Positions 61,246 to 64,000 of a DNA stretch of 64,000 nucleotides are shown here, one piece after another. Position 1 is the first letter of the stretch; each line of letters starts with the position of its first letter. Origin of the DNA: Podarcis melisellensis (lineage: Eukaryota); NCBI GenBank assembly GCA_964234715.1, contig OZ174281.1. One strand, written 5' to 3'. The notes beneath the pieces are model-generated. The model was not told where the DNA came from, did no database searches, and saw only the letters and a list, made by a program, of their open reading frames with translations. The position numbers were made by a program, and so were the translations under genes.

Positions 61246-61949
61246 GGTGGCTTTTTTAGGGCCATGTCAACGGTCAGAAATAGGCCTACATTATTGGCCC
61301 GCGGCTTCCAGACTTTCTGTTTCAAGGAGCACTTTGTCTGTTGTCTGTCACAGAACATTCATGTCTGCTGTTGAACCCTTGTGTGTGGCAGAAGATTCTG
61401 GAGCATTGCCAGGGTGCGCAAGCCTCGCTTCCTGGTCTTCCTCATTGCCTCATCTGAACTGAAAATCCATTATGTAAAAATAGCAAGTTTGCTCCTTGGG
61501 CTATGGATTGTAGGAGAAGATGGGTAGAAAAGTGTTTCCTTTGTTACTTGAAGAATCCTACATAAACTAAGGAACCATCTATTGCTCTGGAGTACAGCTG
61601 ATGAAACTCATTGCCCTCCAACTCCCATTATTCTGGAGCTGATGAGAGATGGAGTCTGGAGGGTGACAGGTCCTCTCCAGAATAACAGCCTGTGGTTTTA
61701 ATGGAATTTTACTCCCAAATTATTGACACGGGCTACTTTTCTAGATATCATACTCATGGAGTTAAAAATTTAAAAGATGCATTAGAAACAATAACAAACA
61801 TTGTCTTCACTAAGCTTTTCAAAAACTAGGTTTATAACATGGTGTTGTATTTTCCCAAGAATCGAGTTCCTTCTGTCCAAAGATATGAGCACACAATAAT
61901 GAGTTCTGCTGTGCAAGTGGGTCTGTGTGCAGCTCTCCACCAAATAGAG
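61246..61949 (+). pseudogene. Pseudo-exons 61246-61473 and 61860-61949
   Basis: 228-bp phase 0-0 exon GGFFRAMSTVRNRPTLLARGFQTFCFKEHF...*TLVCGRRFWSIARVRKPRFLVFLIASSELKIHY|gtaaaa; 90-bp phase 0-0 exon NRVPSVQRYEHTIMSSAVQVGLCAALHQIE|gt. Confidence 0.65.
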
Positions 61950-62203
61950 GTTGTTGCTGTTATATATGGCTTTTCAGTCCAAAAACCCCTTAATGTGGCA
62001 AATAGCATATTAAAACAAAATATAATAGAAGAGTACAATAGAAGGCCATTAATCAATCAATCAGCAGATAGAATAATATAAGACAGAAAAATCACAAGGT
62101 GGGAGAGACGAAAGAAAGTGTCTCTCCTGAGCTAGAGGATTAAATGGTGTTCTCACAATTGCTTAGGGCGAGAATCCTGAACAGACAATAAAATAAAATA
62201 CGA

Positions 62204-62959
62204 AGGAAATGTAAAGAAACTGAAGGAACGTTCTTTCACCTCTGGTGGACCTGCCCTAGAGTTAAGGCTTTCTGGGAAATGATATATAACGAGTTGAAAA
62301 AGGTATTTAAGTATACCTTCCCTAAGAAACCAGAGGCCTTTCTTTTGGGCATCGTTGGCCAGAGGGTGTTAAAGAAGGACCGAACATTTTTTATGTATGC
62401 AACAACAGCAGCAAGGATACTTGTCGCCAAGCACTGGAAAACCCAAGATTTGCCCACGCTGGAAGAATGGCAGATGCAACTGATAGACTACATGGAGTTA
62501 GCAGAAATGACTGGCAGAATCCGAGACCTGGGAGAAGAGGCTGTGGAGGAGGACTGGAAGAAATTTAAGGACTATTTACAAAAATATTGTAAATTGTATG
62601 AATGTTAAGAAAGATGTAAGATTATTAACAATAGGGCACCATTAAGCTAGTTAAAAGGAATATGAAGATAAATGAAAATATAAGAAAAGATAAATTTTGT
62701 ATAAATATTATGCTAAAATTAAGCTTTTAAGGTTTGGGTAAAATTATCTAAAATTAGGGACACAGTATTGGAAAATTATAATATAAGAATTGAAACAAGG
62801 TGATAAATTGCTGGGTAAAGCTCGAAAAACTTGGAACGCAGGAACGAGAGATGCGAGGATGTCCAAAGAAGTGAAGAAAGTGTGGTTACTGAAAAATTAT
62901 ATGTTATTTTGTCTGTTTTTTCTATTGTATTAAGAAAATCTTTAATAAATATTTTTTAA
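62204..62959 (+). mobile_element. L1-clade LINE 3' fragment
   Basis: ORF2 C-terminus close to the 12293 copy; 3'UTR; 17-bp TSD aataaaataaaatacga (62187-62203 / 62960-62976). Confidence 0.92.
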
Positions 62960-64000
62960 AATAAAATAAAATACGACGGGGGGGGGGGGTTAGAGCATCC
63001 AGAACTAGAACAAATAGGGATACTTTCACCACCACCCTGTTACTATTAGGCTGTTAATAGTAATAAGAATAATAAATTAAAGTAGATGAGTCAGTCAGTC
63101 TTGACAGTGATCAGCTGCTTGTCCAGACCTTGAACCCCTTGTTCGGATTCTCCCAACTGATCATCACAAGTGGCAGCACAGGTGGTTTGCCTGTTGTTGC
63201 TATTTCACTGCAGTTCTGGGATCCCCATGGAACTCCATGTGCTAGATCATGGGCACCTGGTCTGTGCACACACCCATCCATACCCATTGTTGTTGGACCT
63301 CTGCTCCCATCAGCTCCAGCTAACGTGACCAATGGTCAGGGATACTGGGAGTTCCCATCCAGCAACAGCTGGAAGGCCATATAGGCTACCCCAGCACCAC
63401 CACTGTGCTAGATGCAGCAAGTCGCCTACAGAAAGTACACACCCCTAACTGAGATATGGGAACCCTTTTTAAAGCATGCGCTACCCATGCTGGATCAGGC
63501 CAAATAACTGTGAGTTGTGATGTCACAATCTGCTTAATGTGGAGAAGGTAGACTTATGAAAGGTCCCAAAATGCAGTGCTAGGATCGGGGGGTGGGGACA
63601 GACATTTTTTAAAAAATTTGAAGCTTCATATCAGACATACTTTAGCAAAATCAGACATACATTAGCAAAAGAGCCAATTCCACTGCAGCTGGCTGTTGTA
63701 AATCTGTTTGGTTCGTGTGTTAGAAATCCCCATTCTGGATTCGGTCCAGATTGTGCTGTGTGTGAGTGACTCTTTTCAGGAACTATGAGGACGAGGAAAA
63801 CACATTTGCTTTTGTATTGTTACTTTGCATGTTACTTTTGTATGCTACTTTGTGTTGCATTTTAACTAGCGTTGAAAGGCAATACAAAGTAATTTTCCCA
63901 GAGAAAGTGTTTCCCCAGAAAAACAGAACAACCATTGAGAAGCAAAATCTTTAATGACTCTTCAGCTGTTTAATTACACCTCTTATTATGAATTTGACTC

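Larger units (their letters stand above)
27..61949 (+). pseudogene. Large unprocessed (intron-containing) pseudogene, parent gene not identified; probably extends beyond both window ends
   Basis: More than 30 exon-like segments on + with polypyrimidine-AG acceptors and GT or decayed donors. Exon lengths and phases chain consistently, e.g. 14246-14473 (1>1), 14955-15022 (1>0), 15342-15431 (0>0); and 16748-16940 (1>2), 17516-18058 (2>2), 18585-18645 (2>0), 18705-18785 (0>0). Translations are protein-like but interrupted by stops and frameshifts. Could be more than one adjacent gene. Confidence 0.8.

Overview
Vertebrate genomic DNA, most likely from a squamate and probably a lacertid lizard, judged from Sauria SINEs, a tRNA-Lys/CR1-tail SINE and lizard-type L1, L2, hAT and Tc1-mariner MITEs. 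No intact protein-coding or RNA gene is evident. The main signal is a very large, decayed, intron-containing gene on the + strand that runs across essentially the whole window. More than 30 exon remnants were read by eye: they have AG acceptors and GT (or mutated GT) donors, protein-like translations and mostly matching splice phases, but carry in-frame stops, frameshifts and TE insertions inside exons. I could not assign the parent gene from memory. The introns hold L1 3' fragments, L2 fragments, an RTE-X-like LINE with an 84-bp flanking duplication, two solo LTRs, a hAT transposase fossil, many MITEs and SINEs (some nested), and microsatellites. Most ORFs in the supplied track are TE fragments, pieces of the dead exons, or their antisense shadows.
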